DNA from: Candidatus Latescibacterota bacterium
Lineage (GTDB): Bacteria; Latescibacterota; UBA2968; GCA-2709665
NCBI GenBank assembly: GCA_965205485.1
Contig: OZ242180.1
Coordinates: 3,712,001-3,776,000, forward strand
DNA length: 64,000 nucleotides
Direction: 5' to 3'
The notes below the pieces were generated by a model, which was not told where the DNA came from, ran no database searches, and worked only from the letters and a program-made list of their open reading frames with translations. Made by a program: the position numbers and the translations under genes. Shown piece by piece: positions 50,645-59,520 of this stretch. Numbering within the stretch: the stretch's first letter is position 1; every line of letters begins with the position of its first letter.

Positions 50645-50775
50645 TACCCATTCGCTGAATGCCCTTCGCGGGGAATGATGCAACGGGACAATGCACTATT
50701 GTCGTGTGTTGTCCCGTTTGAATTGGATCAATCCGGTCGCTTCAGTCCGGACCTGTTGTAATCTGCCGTTCTACT

Positions 50776-51339
50776 GCGCCGCGGAGGGACGCGGATCCGA
50801 TCCTCGTGGATATGACCACGTCGATCATGGCGGAGGGAAAGATCAGGCTGGCGATCAACCAGGGCGTCCAGGTGCCGGAAGGATGGCTGATCGACGGGTA
50901 CGGCGAGCCCATCACAGAGCCGAACGACTTCAAGGACGACCCGCCGGGCGCCGTCTTGCCGCTGGGTGGCGACGCGGGTCACAAGGGATACAGATTGAGC
51001 ATTATGGTCGAATTACTCGGCGGTGCACTGAGCGGCCAGGGCTGCGCGGCCGGGGACCGGGAGATGATCAGCAACGGCGTGCTGATCAATGCCTACGATA
51101 TCGAGCACTTCACGGATATGGAGACGTTCTACGACGAAGTGGAAGGGCTGATGGGCCACGTGAAATCCAGCCGCCTCGCGTCGGAGTTCGAAGAAATCCT
51201 CGCCCCGGGCGAACCGGAGTTCAGGACCGCCGCGCGCCGCGCATCAGAAGGCATCGAGGTGGACGACCGGACGTGGGAAACGGTGTGCGAAATCGGGCTG
51301 GAATTCGGCGTCGACCTGGCGGAAGTCGGAGAGAGGTGA
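50776..51339 (+). pseudogene. 5'-truncated diverged copy of the Ldh_2 gene
   Basis: Colinear with 48986-49549 at offset 1790; many differences are synonymous. Confidence 0.9.
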
Positions 51340-51370
51340 GTCTCGCGCTGACGTTGTTCTGCCGCCGCCA

Positions 51371-51415
51371 AAGACAAGAGCCGAGGGCGATTCAGTCGCC
51401 CTCGGCTCTTGTCTT
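51371..51415. terminator. Perfect 20-bp stem hairpin between convergent genes
   Basis: AAGACAAGAGCCGAGGGCGA-TTCAG-TCGCCCTCGGCTCTTGTCTT. Confidence 0.65.
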
Positions 51416-51432
51416 CAGACCGCCAATCGAGG

Positions 51433-51669
51433 CTACATACCCTCGGTCAAATAATGCAAGACGGTCCGCGGCCGTCCGTGCTTCTGACGGCAGTTCTCGC
51501 AATCTTCCTTCTCGCAGGTCATATTGAGTCTTTCCGGCCTGTATTTCAGGTCCCTGCATCGGTGGACAATGGTAGCTGGATTTGGTTCGTTCTGCGAGGC
51601 TCCATTGTCCCGGACGAAAATGACCCGCAACAGATACCGACAGCACCACCACTTGAATTGATGATTCAT
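51433..51669 (-). CDS. Small Cys/His-rich hypothetical protein
   Basis: GGAGG RBS 6 nt before ATG; WCC...HRC...C..EDCENC...H. Confidence 0.55.
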   Translation of the reverse strand: MNHQFKWWCCRYLLRVIFVRDNGASQNEPNPATIVHRCRDLKYRPERLNMTCEKEDCENCRQKHGRPRTVLHYLTEGM

Positions 51670-51817
51670 CGGAGACCTCCTTTCGCTACTTAAACATTAA
51701 ACCAAAGTTATAGGGAAGTCAATAGTCAATAATGAATCGGATAGAAAATCCATCGCCTTCAGCCTGTCACCGCGTGAAGCGTGCGGGCCTGCTAGCGACC
51801 CGATACCTCACCGCCAC

Positions 51818-51921
51818 CAGGTGGCCTGTTCAGCCGATCATGCAATGGCCGCACCAGGCCGATCTTCAACTGGCCTGATTAAGGCGATCCTGCAGTGGCC
51901 GGATATGGGCGATCTATAACA
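51818..51921. mobile_element. IS21-like terminal repeat array (4 units), probably a right end
   Basis: Units TGGCC..ATT.GGCCGATC at 51822, 51846, 51871 and 51896, ending ...TAACA. Confidence 0.7.
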
Positions 51922-51995
51922 TAGCGGTGACAAAAGACAATTCCAAGCCTTGTGGATCCAAAATAGGCCGGGCAACTGTTGTTCCGCTGTCTATT

Positions 51996-53078
51996 CTACT
52001 TTGGAAGTGCCGAAGGCAATTCTTTCAGTTGTAGCTGTCGTCTATCTTCAACTTGTATAACCTCTGACGAACCATCGCTGGCACGTAAGGCCATTGCTGG
52101 CGCGGGAGGATAGTTTAAGGGAGCCTTATTGTAATCGTCCCATTCAAATGACAGCAGTTCGGTTTCCGGTATTAGCTGGTTTTCATTCAGACGAAAACCC
52201 TGATAACGAAGAATCGGCCAATCGTTTCGATCCTCTGTGAACTCTACGGGGAGTGGAATAACAATGCGATGCTCACCGTTTTCCATTGGCTGTGTCCATA
52301 GGCGGTTTAAATTACCATCTTGAAACACTGGAAACGAAACTTCGTCGATAAGTTTCAACTCTGAAGTTTCGTCATACCGATAGACACCCAGCTTTGGATC
52401 CAGTTCAACGGTGTAGTCCTTGTCCCACTGACCCGATCTAAATGCCACAACTTCATCCCGACCATCGGCATTCAGGTCAATAACCTTTGTTCGCAGATAT
52501 GTTTCACCCATACTCGCCTTAGCGAGTAAGTCAAAGCCTCGTCCATTCCATGACAGTACTTCGATATCAATGGGCCCCGTCCCACCCGGGTTTGTATGCC
52601 CTACTGGCAGGGAACAGAGAATAACTTCGTCTCTCCCGTCGCCGGTCACATCTCCTGTCTGTCCCCATATGCCAGAAAAGTGTGAGACTTCTGTCTGCCT
52701 GAGAATGTCGTTCTTCCACTGGTATACAACCAGGCCTGGATTGTCCACACTTGTAGAACTGTCGTATATTTCATTGACAATTACGAGTTCTGATACTTTG
52801 TCGCCGTTTAAATCGGCTTTGAGCCAACCGCTCGGGTTGCGCAGGTTTATCGAGAACTTGCCCACTTCTTGCCGTGTTGCAACATCAAAAATAACAAGAT
52901 ATGGTGTATGGGTTTCGCGCTCCCACACTCTCATCAACACTTGCTGTTGGCCAGTTCCCCTGAAGTCTGCGAGAAAGGTTTCCTGAATACGCTCTCCTGG
53001 GCTAACAGAATAGAGAAAGGAGGCCTGAGAAAAGACCATTGTCGGCCACAATGCAACAATTATGATGAGCAGTTTCAT
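51996..53078 (-). CDS. Secreted FG-GAP/VCBS repeat protein
   Basis: Signal peptide; ADLNGDKVSEL, GDVTGDGRDEV, IDLNADGRDEV. Confidence 0.85.
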   Translation of the reverse strand: MKLLIIIVALWPTMVFSQASFLYSVSPGERIQETFLADFRGTGQQQVLMRVWERETHTPYLVIFDVATRQEVGKFSINLRNPSGWLKADLNGDKVSELVIVNEIYDSSTSVDNPGLVVYQWKNDILRQTEVSHFSGIWGQTGDVTGDGRDEVILCSLPVGHTNPGGTGPIDIEVLSWNGRGFDLLAKASMGETYLRTKVIDLNADGRDEVVAFRSGQWDKDYTVELDPKLGVYRYDETSELKLIDEVSFPVFQDGNLNRLWTQPMENGEHRIVIPLPVEFTEDRNDWPILRYQGFRLNENQLIPETELLSFEWDDYNKAPLNYPPAPAMALRASDGSSEVIQVEDRRQLQLKELPSALPK

Positions 53079-53185
53079 CCCGACGTCCCATTTTCGAATC
53101 GGCGAATCGCACGACCCGACTCGCCCAAACGCATACGCGTCAATACCTGGCGATACCGATACATCTTGAACCTCCGGTTTGCCAT
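53075..53185 (-). pseudogene. istA: IS21-family transposase IstA N-terminal stub (36 aa)
   Basis: AGGAGG RBS; MANRRFKMYRYRQVLTRMRLGESGRAI resembles the IstA N-terminal HTH; lies just inside the terminal array. Confidence 0.7.
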
Positions 53186-53263
53186 GTCCTTACCTCCTGA
53201 ATGTCGGGGAGACACTCAGAAGGTAGAAACGTTGCCGGAAAGTCCGAAACCTCAATCGTATCT

Positions 53264-53393
53264 CAGGTGGCCCAATTGGGCCGATCTTCAACTGGTCCGA
53301 TTAAGCCGATCCTGAAGTGGCCTGATTGGGCCGATCTTGCAGTGGCCGCATTAGGCGGATCCTGTAATGGCCGCATATGGGCGATCATTAACA
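53264..53393 (-). mobile_element. IS21-like left end (5 x 25-bp units)
   Basis: Minus strand begins TGTTAATGATCGCCC; units at 53268, 53293, 53318, 53343 and 53368. Confidence 0.75.
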
Positions 53394-53545
53394 CGCTGGC
53401 TCGCAAGTACGGGTTTTCCGGCAGTTACTCGTCCATCCGTCTTTTTTTTGTTGGAACAGACCCGTCCGCGGGTCACGACGGTTCTGGGTTTCTCGCCCGG
53501 CGACGCTGTGCAGTTGGGTTTTGGCGCCGGTCCACGTATTCAGGG
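53394..53545 (+). pseudogene. istA: Internal IstA fragment, frameshifted
   Basis: LARKYGFSGSYSSIR / VTTVLGFSPGDAVQLGFGAGP resembles the IstA GSYSSVRRF...PGEAAQVDFG region. Confidence 0.7.
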
Positions 53546-53575
53546 CGTGCATTTGGGCCAGGTATGCTCGATCAG

Positions 53576-54580
53576 CTAGTAAAGAATAAGCTGTCGCTCA
53601 TTGCTCTTGGAATCCCGTGGCTGGCTAAGGATCAGATTTGTAGATACCTGTACGGGCTCCCAATTGGCTAAGTCGGTTTCCGGTAATTCCATTTGTGCTA
53701 TCTTGGAGAATCCGCTACCGAGGGGGAGAACAGTTGGGTTTATGCTTCCTGATTCGAACTGTAGTAATTGGCCGTTACTAACCGATAGTTTTGGAATTGG
53801 TGAAAGGCTATTGTCCAGATTTGCCAACGTGTGGGCCGGTGCCACTCCGCGGTCAAGATCATAGACCAATACCGACCGACCCAAATCGTTATCGCTATCG
53901 TCCTGGTGAATGAGGGCCTCATCTCTGCCGTCGTTGTCAATGTCGCCAAGGATCAATTGATACCAGTGATCCCCTGAGTCGAGTGTGACCCCTGTTCCCT
54001 GAACGTGAAAAATACCGTTTTGCCATCGGCCAATTTTCACTTCCAGTTCAAGCCAACCCATTTCTTCAGAATCGGAATAGGAATCATATTGTTCTGTGAA
54101 CACAACTTCGTTCTGTCGATCGCCGTCAATGTCGCCGATCGCAATGTGATGCGTTAAGGTTTTGCGAGGGACAATGTGCCTTTGATACTGATTTGCGCCA
54201 ACACTCAGATAAATTGCAAAGTAACGGGAGAGTGTATCTCCTAACTCAGCAAGGCCAATTCCAGCTACGACGAAATCCAACTGACCGTCCCCATTCAAGT
54301 CATTAGCGTCATAGCTGTTTGTGTGGGAAAAGGTCCTGTTATCTTCCCACGCCTTTTTAAGCCGTCCGTTTACGATATCCAATACAATGACGCCTCCCGT
54401 GTGAACAGGCGTAAGTTGATATTTCCAAAATCCGATCACCCGTTCTGTCCCGTTTGGCAATTGCTCTAACACTGCCTTGCGAATGCCCTTGAGTTCCGGA
54501 CCTGTAAAGGTTCGCACCTGGGCGAACGTCGATTGCGTTAGACCCAGAGCGAGTCCGGCTGCAAGAACCAAAAGCTTCAT
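53576..54580 (-). CDS. Secreted FG-GAP/VCBS repeat protein
   Basis: Signal peptide; DLNGDGQLDF, GDIDGDRQNEV, GDIDNDGRDEA. Confidence 0.85.
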   Translation of the reverse strand: MKLLVLAAGLALGLTQSTFAQVRTFTGPELKGIRKAVLEQLPNGTERVIGFWKYQLTPVHTGGVIVLDIVNGRLKKAWEDNRTFSHTNSYDANDLNGDGQLDFVVAGIGLAELGDTLSRYFAIYLSVGANQYQRHIVPRKTLTHHIAIGDIDGDRQNEVVFTEQYDSYSDSEEMGWLELEVKIGRWQNGIFHVQGTGVTLDSGDHWYQLILGDIDNDGRDEALIHQDDSDNDLGRSVLVYDLDRGVAPAHTLANLDNSLSPIPKLSVSNGQLLQFESGSINPTVLPLGSGFSKIAQMELPETDLANWEPVQVSTNLILSQPRDSKSNERQLILY

Positions 54581-54631
54581 GGCAAGGATCCTTTTTTGGT
54601 TGGAAATCCATCCTTCCTGTCCCTGGTTCTA

Positions 54632-55096
54632 TTATGGATCAAATGCAGTTGCTGTTCCCCAATAAGTGATCGTAAAAAGGCCTGACGAAACGCTCTCAAA
54701 GTAGTGAAGGTCCTCAGGCCCATCGAGAATGCGAAGTGCTTCAGGCACCTTGCGCTGGTCACCTACTTTGACCCATCCTCCACCCCTGGGATCAACCAAC
54801 GTGTGGAAGATATTACTCTTATTGTAAATCAACTGCCGATTTTCACGGCTTTTCCAAAAATAAGATCGCCCAATCTTGACAATTTCAACCCTATTCTTCA
54901 ACCGATCTGCAATCTCAAGAACTTCGCGTTTTGTCTCCCCCCGATGTGACACGATCCGAATTTCAGGGTGGGCATATAATACCAAATGCTCCAGTTCCTC
55001 TGGTCCCAATGGATTCACATACACCACAGATACGACGAGAGCCAAGACAAGACTATTCAGGACAACACCTCTCTTCCTTGTGTTGATCATCCGCAC
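54632..55096 (-). CDS. Hypothetical exported protein
   Basis: 154-aa ORF with an N-terminal hydrophobic segment and an RBS. Confidence 0.65.
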   Translation of the reverse strand: MRMINTRKRGVVLNSLVLALVVSVVYVNPLGPEELEHLVLYAHPEIRIVSHRGETKREVLEIADRLKNRVEIVKIGRSYFWKSRENRQLIYNKSNIFHTLVDPRGGGWVKVGDQRKVPEALRILDGPEDLHYFESVSSGLFTITYWGTATAFDP

Positions 55097-55320
55097 AACT
55101 CCTTGTTTTGCAGAATTTCGTTGATCATTTCGCGCACGATTCGCTCAACCTGGAAGAGCGAATTCGCTCCACGGGCATAGTGCCTGATGGCCAGTTCGTT
55201 AACACTATTCACCAGGTGCTGTGCGCCCACATTGTGCCACATTTCGTGGTAGCGAATCTTACGCAGACTACAAGACATCTGGGTAATTGTCGACGTTGTA
55301 GACGAATAAGCCCGTCGCCG

Positions 55321-55851
55321 TCATTCAACACACTTCCCGTCCGGCTTGTTCACCTCGTTCCACTCCTCGATGAATTGGTCCGTCAGTTCGCGTACGGAAG
55401 ACAGAATGCGCCGGGTGCTTGTCCCGTGGATACCAAACGCCTCGGTCCGCCAGGTCTGGGTATAGTTCAACTGCCCGGACAGGGGCTCATGGACCCACTT
55501 CTTCAATTCAATCAGTACGTAGAATGACTGTCCGATCACGTTGACGTGCGCGTACAGGTGCGGCAGGAAGACAACCGACCCCTTAGAGAACCCGAAGAAA
55601 CTGGATTGATACAGCCCGGCGGAAAGCAACCTGGAGTCGACCGCGGCGACGATCTCGTTTCTCGTGAGACCTGTTTCCTCCGCATCCTGAGACTTATACT
55701 CAACCACGAGGGAAACGCCCACGCATTTCGTGTACAGTCTGAATTCCTCTATCGAACCCCTGGTCTCGGCCCGTTTTTCCGACGCCGCACAGACACCTGC
55801 AGCAATCGCGACCAGCGCAGCAACAACCACGACTCGCGTCTTCATATTCAA
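55321..55851 (-). CDS. Hypothetical secreted protein
   Basis: Signal peptide MKTRVVVVAALVAIAAGVCA. Confidence 0.7.
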   Translation of the reverse strand: MNMKTRVVVVAALVAIAAGVCAASEKRAETRGSIEEFRLYTKCVGVSLVVEYKSQDAEETGLTRNEIVAAVDSRLLSAGLYQSSFFGFSKGSVVFLPHLYAHVNVIGQSFYVLIELKKWVHEPLSGQLNYTQTWRTEAFGIHGTSTRRILSSVRELTDQFIEEWNEVNKPDGKCVE

Positions 55852-55971
55852 TTTCCTCTGAAACCAAACAAAGCAAATCCTTCTGCGGGAACCGTTTCGA
55901 ATTCACACAAGCAAAATCAAGTAGCTGTGGGTGAGTGGAGTTAAAGACATCTATGCCGACACGGCGGTCGA

Positions 55972-56874
55972 TCAAACCGTCGTTATGTTCTCCAAACATG
56001 ATTCTACAATCTTCGTCGGGCTTCGTAGAATGAAATCGGAACAGAACTCCCCATTCTCCCGAATACAATACACATACCACGTACCGGAGTTATTGGACGT
56101 ATCCACGTAGTAAATGTCGTCCGAAAAACGGATGTTTTCGGAAAGCCGATCACATAAATTGGAAATCACGTTTCGGACAGTAAACGCATGAATCAGGATA
56201 TCATTTTTCTCGAGTATTAAAATCGTGCGTGCGCCTTCGTTCCTGCATTCGGATAGCTTGGGTAATTTCTCTTGAGTTGCCTTTTCCATACTACAGACAA
56301 AAAGGGTATCAATGTCGTCAGGCAAAAACCTACCTACCCGACTAACCGGATACGCATCAATGGATTTGGGAGCCATTAAATGGCACGTAAGCATTACTTC
56401 GTACGGAAACCCATCTGGCCGACCCCGGATTGAGAATTCACGTTTGATAGTCTCAGATTTCACTTTTTCATACAAGCCCAATGCGTTTTCTCGAACCCAT
56501 TCCGCTAATTTACTTCGGTGAGATTCAAGCTTAGCCCTTTTCGTCTTCAAGTACCTATCACTCGGAAGAGTCACCGAATAGACTGCGTCTTGAGGAACAA
56601 CCCCGGACAAGGCATCTTCCACAACATCGGAAAATCCTTCTAACGGGATGCTGTTTGCGTACTCCCCCTCGAACGGCTCAACGAAAGTATGTTCAAGCGC
56701 ATACTCCTGTGACCCCAATCTCAGACGTAGCTCGACTTTAGGACCTGGAAATTCAGGTGTATCCTCGGGAGACCAGACGTCGCTTCGAGTCTCACCTGTT
56801 TTTTCTTCCAGAATCCTGATCACGGCATCGCAACACTTCCGCTCATTGGATATCTTATGCATGTCTCTCCTCAT
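55972..56874 (-). CDS. Hypothetical protein, possible PD-(D/E)XK-fold
   Basis: 300-aa low-GC ORF; NERKC...VE..L.LG...YALEHT pattern. Confidence 0.65.
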   Translation of the reverse strand: MRRDMHKISNERKCCDAVIRILEEKTGETRSDVWSPEDTPEFPGPKVELRLRLGSQEYALEHTFVEPFEGEYANSIPLEGFSDVVEDALSGVVPQDAVYSVTLPSDRYLKTKRAKLESHRSKLAEWVRENALGLYEKVKSETIKREFSIRGRPDGFPYEVMLTCHLMAPKSIDAYPVSRVGRFLPDDIDTLFVCSMEKATQEKLPKLSECRNEGARTILILEKNDILIHAFTVRNVISNLCDRLSENIRFSDDIYYVDTSNNSGTWYVYCIRENGEFCSDFILRSPTKIVESCLENITTV

Positions 56875-57083
56875 GCATTGGCGGGCCGTTTTTGCTTCTA
56901 CACCCTTCGCCGACCCTTCGACAAGCTCAGTGCAGGCAGCACAAGCAGGACAGCGGCTTAGGATCCAAGGCCGAGGATGTGAAATAATATAAACTACTGG
57001 ATGCTCATTCGTCGCAAAGACGCCAATCAGGGTCTTTCATTGGTTTTTATCAGCCTTTAGTCCTGCTTAATCCTTAATCCTGC

Positions 57084-58304
57084 TTAATCCTGGTCCGGTT
57101 TTTGTCTCCCCTCGCGCCGGTCTTCGATTTCCTGTTCAACGTTTCCGGGTAACTCATTCTCTTTGAGTTCGATACGGTCCGCTTTTTCTCCGATCACGAT
57201 ACCGATCCGTTGTTTGCCGTCCGGTGAATTGCCGATGCGGTTGTTGACGAAGGTCAGGTCGCGGGTCTCGCCCAGGATGCGGATGCCGCAGCCCTCCGGT
57301 CCCTCTCCGTTGTCCAGTATTTCATTCCTCTCGAAGTAATTCCGATGCCCCGCCATCGGTTCGGATTCATCGCGGAAGAGCACGCCCTCACATCCGTTTC
57401 CGTTGACCTCATTGTTCAGAAACGTGTTGTCGGTATCCTTGTGGCCGATGGAGATCCCGGTCTCACCGTTTTCATTGAGACGGTTGTTTTCGAAGATCCC
57501 GTTCTTCACCCGCCAGCAGAGAAACAGCCCGATGCGTCCGTTCCCGCTCGAACGGCAGTTGCGGATGGCGGGCGAGCCGCTTCCGCTGCCCGGGTGCAGG
57601 CCCAGGTGGGTATTCCCGCTGCAAACGCAGTCTTCGACTGACACGTCGTTGCTTTGCTGGAAGCTGATCCCGTCGCCGTTGTAGTCTTGGATCGTACATG
57701 CGGTGATTCTCGTCCCATGGCTGCGGTACAGGAAGATGCCCGCGCCCCTGCAACCGTTGAGGTACGGGTTGTTTTCCTTGTTGCCCCGGATCGCCAGGTT
57801 TTCGATGCAAGCGCCGGTGACGCCGTAGCCGCTGATGACCGGAAACGTGGTTGCCGTGCGGGCGTTTCGTGACACGAGGTAGTCGCCCAGCATGGGCTTG
57901 CCGGCGCCGAATGTGTTGCCGTCCGCCCAGATCAGCGTGCAGACGACGGTGTGAAATCCGCCCGAGTTGTCGTCCGTTACGCTCACGCCCACACCGGGCG
58001 CGAAGCCCGCGGCGTCGGCAACCGTGATCTGTTCCTCGCCGTAGTCCCCGTCGAGCGTGAGCGGGCTTTCAACCGCATCCGCCTTGAAGAGAACGGATTC
58101 CGGCCCCTGTCCGCGGACGGTGACGCGGTTTCTCAGGTGCAGCGAGTCCCGCATCGTATAGGTCCCGGGGCCGATCTCCACGGTCCCGCCGCCCAGGCCC
58201 GCGATATAGTCCACGGCCGCCTGGAGCGCCCGGTTGTCATTCCCGTTTATATCGGCATCGGACTGCCCGACGGTGACGGTAGGGGTACAACGATTGGTGG
58301 CCAT
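57084..58304 (-). CDS. Right-handed parallel beta-helix protein (pectin lyase-like)
   Basis: ALQAAVD..GGGTVEIGPGTY; repeated N.G.GI beta-helix coils. Confidence 0.88.
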   Translation of the reverse strand: MATNRCTPTVTVGQSDADINGNDNRALQAAVDYIAGLGGGTVEIGPGTYTMRDSLHLRNRVTVRGQGPESVLFKADAVESPLTLDGDYGEEQITVADAAGFAPGVGVSVTDDNSGGFHTVVCTLIWADGNTFGAGKPMLGDYLVSRNARTATTFPVISGYGVTGACIENLAIRGNKENNPYLNGCRGAGIFLYRSHGTRITACTIQDYNGDGISFQQSNDVSVEDCVCSGNTHLGLHPGSGSGSPAIRNCRSSGNGRIGLFLCWRVKNGIFENNRLNENGETGISIGHKDTDNTFLNNEVNGNGCEGVLFRDESEPMAGHRNYFERNEILDNGEGPEGCGIRILGETRDLTFVNNRIGNSPDGKQRIGIVIGEKADRIELKENELPGNVEQEIEDRREGRQKPDQD

Positions 58305-58340
58305 TGTGACTCCTCGGCTGTTTTGCGTCGGCGGGACAGT

Positions 58341-59375
58341 CTACCTTATCCTGATATCATACTTTCCGGGCACGGTAACGGGCAGGTCTCCGCTGTCGAT
58401 CATCCGGTGCAGGGGCGAGGGTCCGGATGCGAGGGGGAAGGTGACCGTGTCGCGGATCCGGGCGGATTCGTAGAGGCCCATGAGGATCTCGATGGTCCCG
58501 CGGTTTGTCCGGATGGCGTTGCGGTGCTCGTCCACGCGGCCTTCCAGCCAGTCCACCAGTTCCGCGGCCTGCAGGATCCCGACGTCTGTCTCCTGCGCGG
58601 CGTCCACGTCCTGGCATCCCTCGTCATTGAGCAATCGCGCGCCCTTGGACGTGACGACCAGCGTGCCTTCCGTTCCCTGCAGCGTCATCGCGCCGTCCGG
58701 CGGCGCCGGTTCGGGCATATCGCTTTCGATCTGGATACGCGCGCCGTTTTCCAGCGCGACGATGCCCGCGCACAGATCTTCGATGGGGTCGTGCCGTTCG
58801 TGCCGGTCGGTGTGCCGCACCACCTGGCCGATCGCCCAGGCGGGCTCGGGATCGTCCATCAGGTACCGCGCGATGTCCACGAAGTGGGTGCCGTTGTTGA
58901 GCAGGCCGCCGGACGTGTGGCCGTGAAAGAGTACCGGCTGCCCGATCGCGCCGCCCAGCACGAGTTCCCGGCCCTTCACGCAGGCGCCGCGGAACCGGTG
59001 ATGGTGGCCCACGGCGATGCGGGTTCCGTTTCTTACCGCGGCATCGAGAATGCGGTCCACTTCCTCCAGGCTGCCTGCCAGCGGCTTTTCACTCAGGATT
59101 CCGGGGATGCCGGCCTCCGCGGCGGCAACCGCGATCTCCGCGTGTGTGTTCATCCACGTGCAGATGCTGAGGACGTCGATATCTTCCTTCCGGAACATGT
59201 CCGCAAAGTGGGTATAACGGTTCGATATGCCGAATTCATCCGCGCGGCTGTTCACGGCCTGCTCGCTGATGTCTGCAATGCAGGTCAGTTCCACGTCCGG
59301 ATGGGCCTGCCATGCGGTGATGTGTCTGCGAGAGATGCTTCCTGCGCCGACCACGCCGGCACGAAGGGATGCCAT
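58341..59375 (-). CDS. Gfo/Idh/MocA oxidoreductase
   Basis: GVVGAGSIS, LSEKPLA, NGTHFVD. Confidence 0.92.
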   Translation of the reverse strand: MASLRAGVVGAGSISRRHITAWQAHPDVELTCIADISEQAVNSRADEFGISNRYTHFADMFRKEDIDVLSICTWMNTHAEIAVAAAEAGIPGILSEKPLAGSLEEVDRILDAAVRNGTRIAVGHHHRFRGACVKGRELVLGGAIGQPVLFHGHTSGGLLNNGTHFVDIARYLMDDPEPAWAIGQVVRHTDRHERHDPIEDLCAGIVALENGARIQIESDMPEPAPPDGAMTLQGTEGTLVVTSKGARLLNDEGCQDVDAAQETDVGILQAAELVDWLEGRVDEHRNAIRTNRGTIEILMGLYESARIRDTVTFPLASGPSPLHRMIDSGDLPVTVPGKYDIRIR

Positions 59376-59520
59376 AGCGTTCCTTTCAGCTGTTATTGTA
59401 ACCTGGTTTGAATTCCTGGCCGTCAATTCGCTTGACCCGCCGTCTCCGGCTCTGTTATCATACGAAAGAAACCGAATTCTGAACAGCAAAACACGGCTGA
59501 CAGGGAAAGGAGCCCCGTAC

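Noticed and set aside
48986..51339. Diversity-generating retroelement TR/VR pair
   Set aside because: The differences are not adenine-specific, many are synonymous, and there is no reverse transcriptase.
51818..53393. CRISPR array
   Set aside because: The 25-bp units are directly adjacent with no unique spacers, there are no cas genes, and the termini and istA stub fit IS21 ends.
55087..55278. 63-aa ORF
   Set aside because: No motif or clear RBS; not enough support.
51996..56874. Integron cassette array
   Set aside because: The genes are co-oriented, but I saw no convincing attC sites or integrase.
57056..57096. TTAATCC(TGC) micro-repeat
   Set aside because: Short low-complexity repeat at a stop codon with no further evidence.
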